Shown here in pieces: positions 8,017-16,018 of a stretch of DNA of 20,000 bases. The notes under the pieces are model-generated. The model did no database searches and had not been told where the DNA came from. It worked only from the letters and a program-made list of their open reading frames with translations. Origin of the DNA: an uncultured virus (IMG/VR IMGVR_UViG_3300050343_000275) (taxonomy: Duplodnaviria > Heunggongvirae > Uroviricota > Caudoviricetes); IMG/VR virus record IMGVR_UViG_3300050343_000275, one strand, 5' to 3'. Position numbers and translations under genes: made by a program. Position 1 is the stretch's first letter. The number at the start of each line of letters is the position of its first letter.

Positions 8017-8233
8017 CGTGAGAACTGTCGCTCATATTGATTGATCCGCTTAAGTTAGTAAGCCTGTCAACCCATCGCCAAATGTATGGCATTCGACACT
8101 GTTGGAGCCTTGCATTCGCATACTCCAGTTCGTCGTCTGCAATGCATGGACGCCACTTAATATCCAGTGGCTCACGGGTATCCACGCGAACAAGTATGGC
8201 TTTTCTCTTGGGCATATTTGTGTCTTCAGGCAT
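7976..8233 (-). CDS. Hypothetical protein
   Basis: 85-aa ORF, in operon orientation. Confidence 0.6.
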   Translation of the reverse strand: MPEDTNMPKRKAILVRVDTREPLDIKWRPCIADDELEYANARLQQCRMPYIWRWVDRLTNLSGSINMSDSSHDAANQLCSSSHRS

Positions 8234-8291
8234 TACAGACTAGTCTCCATATTTGGGTACGTAATCCATTAATTGTTCAGACGAAATAGAA

Positions 8292-8594
8292 TCAGTGAAA
8301 CTCCGCAACAGGGAAATGCGCGATGAGTTTTTGATTCTTTTTTGCGTCTTTTCTATTCCTCTTGTTGCCCTCAGCATCGGTGGGCTTGTAGCTGTGTTTC
8401 TTGACGCTGACGATTACGAGTTCAGCGACAGCTTCGAAGACCTCCCCAGTGTCTTGAGCCGTGACTTTTACCTGAATCTGCTCCGGCTCCTTGGGATTGG
8501 TGATCTCAAGTAGCTGAGCTGTTGAGCCATGATGCTTACTTTCATGGCAAAAGACCCCGGAAAAGTTAAACACTGGGTAGGCAAACTTAGGCAT
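8292..8594 (-). CDS. Hypothetical protein
   Basis: 100-aa ORF with ATG, in operon orientation. Confidence 0.65.
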   Translation of the reverse strand: MPKFAYPVFNFSGVFCHESKHHGSTAQLLEITNPKEPEQIQVKVTAQDTGEVFEAVAELVIVSVKKHSYKPTDAEGNKRNRKDAKKNQKLIAHFPVAEFH

Positions 8595-8760
8595 TGAGAT
8601 TTAGCGAGGTGAATAATCGTGATTGATTTTGCTGTAGGTATCGTCAAAAATCTGACGCCAAAGCCACAAGGGGCCTTGGACGCCTTTGATCTCGATGATT
8701 GAATCAGAAGGCCATGGCAAAGAATTCAGCCATTCCCACTTGTTAATGACCCAATCATGA

Positions 8761-8934
8761 TTACCTTGAAGTGAAAGAGGCGTAGATTGGCCGACCTGCT
8801 TTGTAGTAGAGCCTGAAGCCAATCGTGTTGGCTTGACTGATTGCAGCGATCTCCTTAAGTGCGGTTTTGTCTGCTTGGAGCTGATGAGGCGAGAGCCCTG
8901 TGTCAGGGTCGTAGATGATGATCGCGTCTTGCAT
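8761..8934 (-). CDS. Hypothetical protein (57 aa, MQDAIIIYDPDTG...)
   Basis: Internal ATG of ORF 8761..9066; only this part looks protein-like. Confidence 0.55.
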   Translation of the reverse strand: MQDAIIIYDPDTGLSPHQLQADKTALKEIAAISQANTIGFRLYYKAGRPIYASFTSR

Positions 8935-8987
8935 GTTGTGATTGACATGTCTTGCAAAGTGTAAGGTGGCGAATGGGGCGTGTCTAG

Positions 8988-9638
8988 TCAGTGCAGTTCG
9001 AAAGCAATTACAAAATTGCGATCGGCCTGTGAGCACAATGGGTTGCCGTTGCCGCAGCCAATGCATTGTGTTCTTTGGTCTTTCGGAACGCCGTCAAGCT
9101 GGTGCTCGCAGCGTTTGAACTGAACGCCATGGCTAGTAAATGACTCAGGCTTCCCTTGAGTGATGCAGCACACGGGCAAACCCTGCTTGAACCGCTTCGC
9201 TGCTATTGCTTCTGATTCAACAGAGACGTTGATCGTGAAGCCCGACTTGTTTGCCCACCGTATAGAGAGCAGGTTTTGTGCGGTAAGTACGTGGTGTGTG
9301 TACGTCCAGGCATGGGATAAATGCTGAACAGCCGCTATTAATTTGTTGAGCAAAGGCTTATCAATGACATTGTTGATATGCCATAAATCGCCACCGACGT
9401 TGTGGCGAAACATATTGCCTGGCCTGATAGCGGAGACTTGCTTGATGAAGTGATCTGGAGATGTTCCTCTGTCACCATTGGTGACTTTGTCTCCATGCAT
9501 CCGTGTGTAGTAGCCCTTGTGTGCATAGCAATCATTCCATGCTCCACAGGATCTAGGGCAGCTTTCCCAGCTGGTTGTTGATACGGCGATTGGTCCGGTT
9601 TTACTATTACCAGAGTCAAGCTTTAGATGAGAATTCAA
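8988..9638 (-). CDS. Gp88-like Cys-rich phage protein (possible Fe-S/radical-SAM-like)
   Basis: SGNSKTGPIAVS, CPRSCGAWNDCYA, FRHNVGGDL, WTYTH, GFTINVS, C-terminal C...CIGC...C. The listed start at 9674 lies inside a terminator, so TTG 9638 is preferred. Confidence 0.7.
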   Translation of the reverse strand: MNSHLKLDSGNSKTGPIAVSTTSWESCPRSCGAWNDCYAHKGYYTRMHGDKVTNGDRGTSPDHFIKQVSAIRPGNMFRHNVGGDLWHINNVIDKPLLNKLIAAVQHLSHAWTYTHHVLTAQNLLSIRWANKSGFTINVSVESEAIAAKRFKQGLPVCCITQGKPESFTSHGVQFKRCEHQLDGVPKDQRTQCIGCGNGNPLCSQADRNFVIAFELH

Positions 9639-9660
9639 AATGCACCGTTGAAAGTTGGCA
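9637..9660. promoter_or_regulatory. Conserved 24-bp motif, copy 1
   Basis: AAAATGCACCGTTGAAAGTTGGCA; aligns without gaps to 13373 and 18814. Confidence 0.75.
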
Positions 9661-9661
9661 C

Positions 9662-9690
9662 AAAAAAACCCCACCTTTCGGCGGGGCTTT
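9662..9690 (-). terminator. Intrinsic terminator
   Basis: Minus strand AAAGCCCCGCC-GAAA-GGTGGGG-TTTTTTT. Confidence 0.9.
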
Positions 9691-9694
9691 TATC

Positions 9695-9922
9695 TCAGGA
9701 TCCGAGCTCTTGAGGCGACGAGTATTCGATGTCTAATATTTTTTGCTTCTTGAGCTTGTCGATCAACGTATAAATCAGATGGTGGATCCGCACGTAGCGC
9801 TCCACGTTGTAGTTGTGCGTATCTTTGAAAGCGTTGAATTGTTGTTGGATGCTGCCTTTCTCCTCCTCCAGGGCGATAACCCTGGCTTCCAATTTGCTGA
9901 TGCGTGTATTTTCATGTGACAT
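9695..9922 (-). CDS. Hypothetical coiled-coil protein
   Basis: 75 aa, RISKLEARVIALEEEK heptads. Confidence 0.7.
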   Translation of the reverse strand: MSHENTRISKLEARVIALEEEKGSIQQQFNAFKDTHNYNVERYVRIHHLIYTLIDKLKKQKILDIEYSSPQELGS

Positions 9923-10116
9923 CAGAAACCTCCTAGCGAATTAAACGTTTGATTCAGTCGTTCTGGTTGCTTGAACAGGGTGGCCCTTTCCTCACTGCTT
10001 CTTGGCTTAAGGAGTAGTGCGCGTTGCCTGTACTCCTCAAGCAGCTTGTGGATCTGAGGGGTGGTGTAACGACGCTCTGATCTTTGAAGAATGCGCATAG
10101 TAAAAACCTTTCTCAA
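9922..10116 (-). CDS. Hypothetical protein
   Basis: Stop overlaps the next ATG (TGATG). Confidence 0.55.
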   Translation of the reverse strand: MRKVFTMRILQRSERRYTTPQIHKLLEEYRQRALLLKPRSSEERATLFKQPERLNQTFNSLGGF

Positions 10117-10222
10117 GGCAAGTTAGTTTTGATGGGTCATTGGACTTAAGTGCTACAAGAGCTTTGTATTTCGCACGAGCGATCATTTCTTGTGTACTGA
10201 CATTGGTAGATTCCAGCCTCAT
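10037..10222 (-). CDS. Hypothetical protein
   Basis: ATGA-coupled to the upstream gene. Confidence 0.55.
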   Translation of the reverse strand: MRLESTNVSTQEMIARAKYKALVALKSNDPSKLTCLEKGFYYAHSSKIRASLHHPSDPQAA

Positions 10223-10494
10223 TGTTCTGAATTGCGATATGAAATACCTCGATACGTAAAAGTAGGCTGACGCTTTGCATAAACATGTTTCACATGCGAG
10301 TTAAGAAGTTCTGTCGACTCTTTCTTTGTCCAGCCGTATTGGCTTAGCTTGCCGTGAAGTTGCTGTGCCAGCCGTGAATACTTTGTGACAGATGCGTTGA
10401 ACTCTTGCATGAGCGAAGCAACTGATTCGTCCTGTAGGGCAATGCTCTTGTTGTAGTCCTTGGACTGTGTCTGATTGGAAATTGATGTTGTCAT
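10219..10494 (-). CDS. Hypothetical protein with C-terminal DUF4278-like motif
   Basis: Ends PTFTYRGISYRNSEQ. ATG 10494 is ATGA-coupled to the upstream gene. Confidence 0.65.
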   Translation of the reverse strand: MTTSISNQTQSKDYNKSIALQDESVASLMQEFNASVTKYSRLAQQLHGKLSQYGWTKKESTELLNSHVKHVYAKRQPTFTYRGISYRNSEQ

Positions 10495-10892
10495 GATGTT
10501 TGTTGTGGAGTGTATGCGGAGCAATCGGCTGCTTCTTCTGACCGATACTCAGGAATTCCGACAGAGCATTGATTGCCCGTCGAGTGCATGCATGTACTGC
10601 AGGCAATGCTTTGCTTGGCATTCATAGATACCCAGCCATCACGAGTTGTGATTCCACTGATAAATGCATTCAACTTCTTCTCGGTTATGAGGAGATAGTC
10701 GAGAAAGTCCGAGTCGACTTCTTTAGTAGTGGATCGATGTTTGCAGTATTGACACTCAAGGCGTCGACGCCTGCAAAACTCACCATTAAGGAGTGCGTTC
10801 CTGGACTCGATGACGTAGGTCTGATTTGTTCCGCAGACTGGACAGGTTCGTTTGTGACTGTTCTCCTGGTCTGTGAACTGACTTCGCTGCAT
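10491..10892 (-). CDS. NrdR-type zinc-ribbon protein with second Cys cluster
   Basis: CPVCG...VIESR...RRRRLECQYCKHRSTTKE matches the NrdR N-terminus. C-terminal CSTC...C...C; no ATP-cone. Confidence 0.75.
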   Translation of the reverse strand: MQRSQFTDQENSHKRTCPVCGTNQTYVIESRNALLNGEFCRRRRLECQYCKHRSTTKEVDSDFLDYLLITEKKLNAFISGITTRDGWVSMNAKQSIACSTCMHSTGNQCSVGIPEYRSEEAADCSAYTPQQTS

Positions 10893-10986
10893 TAGGCCAG
10901 GGCGTGAACAAGATGGTTGTGAGTGAGATGAAGAGGACTAGACCTCCGACGAGGAGCTCAAGCCGCTTCTGGAACAGGGTTTCCAT
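10786..10986 (-). CDS. Small membrane protein
   Basis: Hydrophobic stretch LLVGGLVLFISLTTILFTPW. Confidence 0.5.
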   Translation of the reverse strand: METLFQKRLELLVGGLVLFISLTTILFTPWPNAAKSVHRPGEQSQTNLSSLRNKSDLRHRVQERTP

Positions 10987-11131
10987 AGAGGGTGTCGATA
11001 GGTGTGAGTCCGGTGGTGTTGCTGTGGAAGTCGCGAGAACGAATTGGCGTCAGTCCTTTTGCCGTCATGTCGATGACGTATTCGGTGTATGCCCGGTAGT
11101 GGTAGTCCTGGAGCTGTACGAAGGTTGTCAT
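10958..11131 (-). CDS. Hypothetical protein (57 aa)
   Basis: Hand-translated MTTFVQLQDYHYRAYTEYVIDMTAKGLTPIRSRDFHSNTTGLTPIDTLYGNPVPEAA; fills the gap after the terminator. Confidence 0.6.
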   Translation of the reverse strand: MTTFVQLQDYHYRAYTEYVIDMTAKGLTPIRSRDFHSNTTGLTPIDTLYGNPVPEAA

Positions 11132-11166
11132 GCATAACGCGTGATTCAGAGCGCATATTGCCCACT

Positions 11167-11188
11167 AAAAAAGGGGGTGGCAACCCCC
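11167..11188 (-). terminator. Intrinsic terminator after DUF932 gene
   Basis: Minus strand GGGGGT-TGCC-ACCCCC-TTTTTT. Confidence 0.85.
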
Positions 11189-11222
11189 CATATAGTGTTT
11201 TTGCGGGTTTCTGAACGCTGTA

Positions 11223-12215
11223 TCAGGCAAGAACTAGTGATTGGTCAATTCCTGGCGAGCATTGAGACTCAAGGAACTGCATCCAATCCCTGTTGCTTCT
11301 TGCTTTGTTGCCTTCCAGTTGAGACAGGAGAGTCTTGCCTGGATCGGCTTTGCTCACGTAGGAGTGAGAAGTGTATTGGGTGTGTGCATTTGCAAGACGC
11401 CAGAAGTTATCCGTGCGTTCTGGCAGATCACCACCGATCAATCCATAGCGGTAGATGCGCTCGAGGTTTTTGACGACCTGGCTATCGCCTTCTGGATCGT
11501 CATGAAATTCTCGAATGAGATTGCAGCCGTCAGCAATTGGCAGGGCTTCGTTTTGGAAGCGGTCTTTCATCAGCATGTAAGCCTGGCTACTGCGGACTCC
11601 TTGGTTAAGGATCTGCTCGACTTGGAAGCCGTCAGCCAAGGACCGGTGCGGAATCACCATTGATTTGTCGACGGTCTTGAGAGCCATGCCATTGGTGCAG
11701 ACCAGCTCATTGCTGAACACAACCGCTTTGGTTGAAAGGCTTTCGCCGTAGTGGACGAGAAGCATGAGCCAGTGTTCAGTGCGATCGGCTCGAGCGATGT
11801 AGTGCTCGCTGTCCTCGCGTTTGATCGCCATACCTCTGAGGTCTGTCGGATCGTTTAGCTGTGTGGTGTCACCAGCCAATCGGCTTGCCATGTAAAGGGT
11901 CTTGCCCTTATTGATCGAGCCAACAACATCTAAGGAGATGCGTTTTTCAGAGTTGTCGCAGAAGCTTTGGAAGAAGTCCCCAATGGCTTGAGGGTCTTGC
12001 GGCTGCCTTCTGTTGCCGAATTGGCCGAGTGAGTCGCCGTTATCTGAACGAAGCCACAGCTTGTAGTCGTTGTAGGTGCGACCTCCAAACTCGGGGGATA
12101 CGGCGTTGACGGTGAAGTTTGAGTTGACCGATTCGAGGATTTCGGTCGTGCTTGAGCCAGGAACAACGAGTGCTGCGTTGCCTTTGAAGAGCTTGCGGTC
12201 GAGAGTGATAGTCAT
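11223..12215 (-). CDS. DUF932/DUF945-family phage/plasmid protein
   Basis: 330 aa with LRSDNGDSLG, GSINKGKTLY, ELVCTNGM, and FWRLANAHTQYTSH near the C-terminus. Confidence 0.8.
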   Translation of the reverse strand: MTITLDRKLFKGNAALVVPGSSTTEILESVNSNFTVNAVSPEFGGRTYNDYKLWLRSDNGDSLGQFGNRRQPQDPQAIGDFFQSFCDNSEKRISLDVVGSINKGKTLYMASRLAGDTTQLNDPTDLRGMAIKREDSEHYIARADRTEHWLMLLVHYGESLSTKAVVFSNELVCTNGMALKTVDKSMVIPHRSLADGFQVEQILNQGVRSSQAYMLMKDRFQNEALPIADGCNLIREFHDDPEGDSQVVKNLERIYRYGLIGGDLPERTDNFWRLANAHTQYTSHSYVSKADPGKTLLSQLEGNKARSNRDWMQFLESQCSPGIDQSLVLA

Positions 12216-12778
12216 GGTTGATTTGCTTTGATGAAGGGATCCGCGTCGGATCTGGTTTGTTTGAGTGATTCGAGAATTGAGTCGCTGATCAGCAAGTGCG
12301 AGTGGTAGTCCCTATGCCCCGCGTCATCGCCAAGTAATGGGCGGAGGCGAGTGATTCGGTCCATCGATGCGGAAGACATCAGGGCCAGGTGGACATTCGA
12401 GAGTTCGTCGAGTGCTCGCTTGAACGAGTTCTTGAGTGTCAACAACTCTTTGATGATTTGAAGTTTGTCTGGTCCGTCGTACAAAGCGTCTGCCTCGCTG
12501 ATCGAGCCTTCCATGGCTGTGAAGCAGAGCTCGCTCATGTAGAGGGCCAGGGTCAAGAGCTGAATGAACTCGACCCCGTCCTTTGAGTTTTGAATGAGCT
12601 GGATGACGACGTACTGAAGATCGCAGATGCCACCGCTGTTGACGCTGGCATCTTTAAAGTTCAGCGCTGGGATCAGATCTGAGACTGGGAGCTGGATTCC
12701 GGCTCGTCCGAGCAAGTCTCGGAGCTGACTGGGACTGATGGAGTCTGGGAATAATCCGTCGTTCTGAGGCTCAGCCAT
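12212..12778 (-). CDS. Hypothetical helical protein
   Basis: 188-aa ORF, ATGA-coupled to DUF932. Confidence 0.75.
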   Translation of the reverse strand: MAEPQNDGLFPDSISPSQLRDLLGRAGIQLPVSDLIPALNFKDASVNSGGICDLQYVVIQLIQNSKDGVEFIQLLTLALYMSELCFTAMEGSISEADALYDGPDKLQIIKELLTLKNSFKRALDELSNVHLALMSSASMDRITRLRPLLGDDAGHRDYHSHLLISDSILESLKQTRSDADPFIKANQP

Positions 12779-13353
12779 TCGGGGTACTGGGGTTGGAGGC
12801 CGAGCTGTTCTCGAATGTCGTTAACTCCGTCAACGAGTGCAGGTAAACCTCTATCAATTGCTTTGGCGCGAACTTGTATTCCGTCAACGTGGACGTTGAT
12901 GAATGTCGGAATTCTTGTTTCGACGTCGCCTTTTTCGTTAGCGACTTCGACGCCTCTACCATTGACGGCACTCACAGTGACAGCTCTGTCAGACAAATTA
13001 ACAGCTTGAAGCACTCCGAGTGCTGTGCGGTAATGCCATTGGTTGGCATCAGCTAGCAAGTTGATTTGAAAGCCTGTTGTTTTGCTTGTCAAAAAGCTCA
13101 GAGCTAGTCGTGTTTTCTCCTTCTTACCTTGATACAGAGATGCTTCGACAAGAAAACCTTCGAGTGCTTCGACGTAGGCATCAAATGGTACGGAAGGAGT
13201 CCATTGCGCCTGCTCTTTGTAGAGCCCCATCTTGTTGAGATGGTACTGATTTAGTGACACTTGTTCAGGCTTTTTCGTGATGCCATCAGCTGCGATATTG
13301 CTGAAGCGATCGAGGGTATCGATTGGTGCTGTTGCGACTAATGAAGAACTCAT
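12673..13353 (-). CDS. Hypothetical protein
   Basis: 226-aa ORF, first gene after cassette copy 2. Confidence 0.75.
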   Translation of the reverse strand: MSSSLVATAPIDTLDRFSNIAADGITKKPEQVSLNQYHLNKMGLYKEQAQWTPSVPFDAYVEALEGFLVEASLYQGKKEKTRLALSFLTSKTTGFQINLLADANQWHYRTALGVLQAVNLSDRAVTVSAVNGRGVEVANEKGDVETRIPTFINVHVDGIQVRAKAIDRGLPALVDGVNDIREQLGLQPQYPEWLSLRTTDYSQTPSVPVSSETCSDEPESSSQSQI

Positions 13354-13372
13354 GAAACGAAGGAAGCAATTG

Positions 13373-13396
13373 AAAACGCACCGTTGAAATGGTGCA
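13373..13396. promoter_or_regulatory. Conserved 24-bp motif, copy 2
   Basis: AAAACGCACCGTTGAAATGGTGCA. Confidence 0.75.
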
Positions 13397-13398
13397 TT

Positions 13399-13425
13399 AA
13401 AAAAGCTCCACCTTTCGGCAGAGCT
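13399..13425 (-). terminator. Intrinsic terminator
   Basis: Minus strand AGCTCTGCC-GAAA-GGTGGAGCT-TTTTT; shares GCCGAAAGGTGG with the 9662 terminator. Confidence 0.9.
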
Positions 13426-13436
13426 ACGATTAATAA

Positions 13437-13637
13437 ATGGAATTACTGCTCTTAGCGACTCTTTGGTCGCATCATGTATCGCCAGATTATGCTGTCCAGC
13501 TTGAGTGCCGCCATGTTCAGCAAATCGTCAAAAGGCTAATCAGGGTTGAGGATATGAGCCAGACAGCAAAGATTGAGGTTTACAGAGAGCTTAAAGCAGT
13601 GACACCTCATGATTGCGCTGTTGAAGTCCTTGCTTGA
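13437..13637 (+). CDS. Small cyanophage-type hypothetical protein
   Basis: MELLLL...C...KIEV..ELK..TP.DC pattern resembles small cyanophage proteins (from memory). Confidence 0.65.
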   Translation: MELLLLATLWSHHVSPDYAVQLECRHVQQIVKRLIRVEDMSQTAKIEVYRELKAVTPHDCAVEVLA

Positions 13638-13677
13638 TCGCTAAGTTCCTACAGTGGACTGAATCATCAATCTCGAG

Positions 13678-14196
13678 ATGTATAGCGCTGAGCTCCCGGC
13701 AGTGACCGAAGGTACAGCCATGGTGATACCTCACGAGAAGGCAATTGTCCCTTGCTCGAACTTGATTCAGGATCTGATTCGACTGGCTTCATTCCTAAAG
13801 GAATTGCAGACGCAGTCACATCTGATTCACCTGAATTACGAAGGGTCGAACTTCATTCCAGTCCATGAGTTTCTGAAGGAGCGCTATGAGACGCATCAGG
13901 AACAGTTCGACACGATTGGTGAATTCGTGCGAGCCATGGACTTTTACATGCCGATGTGTGCGTGTGGTCTGAAGGATGAGATGCCGAAGTGTTTCAACAA
14001 TGTCTCCAGCCATGACGGTAGGGACATGCTCATGACCTATCACTCAAACCTGTGCGATTTGTGTGAGATGGTCTGCGAGATCGAGCCCGTGGCAATCGAG
14101 ATGAAAGCCATGGACGTGATTCATTACCTGGCCGAGCTGATGGCTGATGCCAACAAGACGACTTGGTATCTGAAGGCAACCCTCCGCTGTGGCTAA
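13678..14196 (+). CDS. dps: Dps-family ferritin-like protein
   Basis: HLIHLNYEGSNFIPVHEFL...FDTIGE matches the Dps signature HWNxxGxNFxxxHE...DxxAE; C-terminal KTTWYLKA. Confidence 0.9.
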   Translation: MYSAELPAVTEGTAMVIPHEKAIVPCSNLIQDLIRLASFLKELQTQSHLIHLNYEGSNFIPVHEFLKERYETHQEQFDTIGEFVRAMDFYMPMCACGLKDEMPKCFNNVSSHDGRDMLMTYHSNLCDLCEMVCEIEPVAIEMKAMDVIHYLAELMADANKTTWYLKATLRCG

Positions 14197-14387
14197 GGGA
14201 GGATGATCCGCTCTTTCTCTTTCCAGCCTTTGCGTTCTACCCATTCTTGGTAGTCAGCCCTGGCTGGAGGGGTCATGTAGCCGTAAACGCGATTCATAAC
14301 ATGCTTAAAAGCGTGTTCTTTATCGCTTACTTTGTCGAGTTCAAGTGCAGCCATTGCAGCACAGGCGATGTCGAGTAAGTCGTACAT
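14193..14387 (-). CDS. Hypothetical protein
   Basis: 64 aa, convergent with dps, 4-nt overlap. Confidence 0.65.
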   Translation of the reverse strand: MYDLLDIACAAMAALELDKVSDKEHAFKHVMNRVYGYMTPPARADYQEWVERKGWKEKERIILP

Positions 14388-14418
14388 CGGAATTGCGACG
14401 GCATCGCAGGCTTCGGTG

Positions 14419-14754
14419 TTATTCAGGAGGAGTCTGTTCGCTATCTCCTAAGTTACCCAGAAGATACAAGACAAGAGAATCGATCTGGGTGTAGATGCCT
14501 TCATAGGAAAGCTTCCCTTGAATGGTTGGGGAAACATCTTTGATTTGTTGCTCGGATAGGTGGGTGTAGTTGTCTGTGAGGTAGCCCTCGATGTCTTGGA
14601 TAAGAGTGGTGTTGTGGAAATACACGGGCTCTTTAAGAGGGCGACCGGTGTGATGAATGATTTCAGCAATTTGGGAGACCAGTTCTGAGTCCCATTCATT
14701 GCCATTCATCAGACGTGCAATCGCGTCAAGAGCGTCTTGATCTGTGAATTCCAT
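14419..14754 (-). CDS. Hypothetical protein
   Basis: 111 aa; DALDAIARLMNGNEWDSELVSQIAEII is protein-like. Confidence 0.75.
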   Translation of the reverse strand: MEFTDQDALDAIARLMNGNEWDSELVSQIAEIIHHTGRPLKEPVYFHNTTLIQDIEGYLTDNYTHLSEQQIKDVSPTIQGKLSYEGIYTQIDSLVLYLLGNLGDSEQTPPE

Positions 14755-14986
14755 GGGTTAATCAGGGGTAAGCATGTTGGCTTCGTCTTCGCACCAGGCT
14801 TCGCAACCTGCAGGAATCTGAAGGCCAGCGACAAATTCGCCGGTATGGTCTAAGTGTTCAACAACAAACTCCTCGTTGGCATTTGCGTTGAGGTCAATCC
14901 TGACGAAGTGACCGTTGGGTAGCTCGAAGATATACCGCTGGTCTGGCAGAAGCGGAACGTTAAGGACAGTCATGGGTTAATCAGGG
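14752..14986. repeat. Exact 16-bp direct repeat CATGGGTTAATCAGGG at 14752-14767 and 14971-14986
   Basis: Read directly. Each copy spans a Pro-Asp-stop-CCC-ATG gene junction. Confidence 0.85.
14758..14973 (-). CDS. Hypothetical protein
   Basis: 71 aa, 3-nt gaps to both neighbours. Confidence 0.7.
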   Translation of the reverse strand: MTVLNVPLLPDQRYIFELPNGHFVRIDLNANANEEFVVEHLDHTGEFVAGLQIPAGCEAWCEDEANMLTPD

Positions 14987-15216
14987 ATAGTGCGGACGTC
15001 GATGTCGTTAACGGTGGCGCTAACTGTGACGTCGAAGGCTTCAGCGCAGGATATAAATTCCCGCATAAGCAAGCCAAATAACAGCTGCATCTGGTTCTGT
15101 TTCCAGGTGTAGTTGTTCTTGTTGGAGCAGTTAGAAAGAACTCGCAGTCCTTCGCGGATCTTGTTCACTCGGGCTGGGGCTAGTCGAGCAAAGCGGTCAC
15201 GTTTAATGTCTGCCAT
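14977..15216 (-). CDS. Conserved small hypothetical protein
   Basis: KRDRFARLAPARVNK...LSNCSNKNNY resembles a recurrent small phage/bacterial family. Confidence 0.75.
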   Translation of the reverse strand: MADIKRDRFARLAPARVNKIREGLRVLSNCSNKNNYTWKQNQMQLLFGLLMREFISCAEAFDVTVSATVNDIDVRTIPD

Positions 15217-15272
15217 AGTTTTTAGAGTGTTAGTTGATTAGGGGTTTGACTTGTTGAGTATTGCTTGGCGGC

Positions 15273-15440
15273 TCATGATGGAGAGTCCGCGTCACGAGAC
15301 TTTTGCTCGTAAAGAACCCAAGCCTTCTCAAGTTCGAAGTCAAGTCCAAACTTGTTGCAGTGATCTTGAAGAACCGCGAAAGTGTGATCCATGCCGTTGT
15401 CAAGGCATGAATTGAAGACATCAAGTAATAAGTTGTTCAT
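15273..15440 (-). CDS. Hypothetical protein (55 aa)
   Basis: Hand-translated MNNLLLDVFNSCLDNGMDHTFAVLQDHCNKFGLDFELEKAWVLYEQKSRDADSPS; ATGA-coupled. Confidence 0.65.
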   Translation of the reverse strand: MNNLLLDVFNSCLDNGMDHTFAVLQDHCNKFGLDFELEKAWVLYEQKSRDADSPS

Positions 15441-16018
15441 GACGTGATTGCGAAGCTAAGTGGCTCGCCGATACCGTGAAATGCACTCCAGAAGTCGCTT
15501 GCCTTGGGGAGAGGGCGTCGTTCTGAGTTTGCGTGCATGTAAGGAGTCGTGTGTAATTTTGAGAATCTGATTGGAGTGAATCCATCTTTCTCTGCTTTTC
15601 TGTTCCACCGCGCCAAGGCGACGTAGAACTTGGGTCCCATGGTGTAGATCTTGTCGCTGTTTGAGCTCCAAGCAATAACGGAACTGTGCTCATTGGCAGT
15701 GCTGCAGGAATGAGAACCGATCCAGCCTTTGCCACCAGCGCTGTCTGCGTAGTCACTACGCTCTTGCTGGGTTTCCCACTGTTCGAAGAAGGCTTGGTAA
15801 ACCTTGGCAAATTTGCGTTGAGCTGCTCTGATTGATTCGTCAGAGATCTTGTCTTTAGTGGATGCAGTCATGTCAGTTACGACTAGTTTTTCGAGGTCAA
15901 TAGCTTCAATGCCAGCCGTGTCGTCATCGGACAGGTCGATCATTTCTGTATCGACGGTCCCAAGTAATGTGTCAAATAGGTCTTTGACAAACGACTGGTC
16001 TGTTTGTGATGAAGTCAT
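15437..16018 (-). CDS. Hypothetical protein, possibly two fused genes
   Basis: 193 aa: acidic N-terminal 49 aa, then an internal Met and a distinct domain. Confidence 0.7.
   Translation of the reverse strand: MTSSQTDQSFVKDLFDTLLGTVDTEMIDLSDDDTAGIEAIDLEKLVVTDMTASTKDKISDESIRAAQRKFAKVYQAFFEQWETQQERSDYADSAGGKGWIGSHSCSTANEHSSVIAWSSNSDKIYTMGPKFYVALARWNRKAEKDGFTPIRFSKLHTTPYMHANSERRPLPKASDFWSAFHGIGEPLSFAITS

Noticed and set aside
11141..11663. Plus-strand ORFs over DUF932 and similar antisense ORFs elsewhere
   Set aside because: Overlap well-supported opposite-strand genes and lack recognisable protein motifs.
13613..13626. TGCGCTGTTGAAG as a fourth copy of the 24-bp motif
   Set aside because: Partial match inside a CDS, lacking the flanking A-tracts and hairpin.
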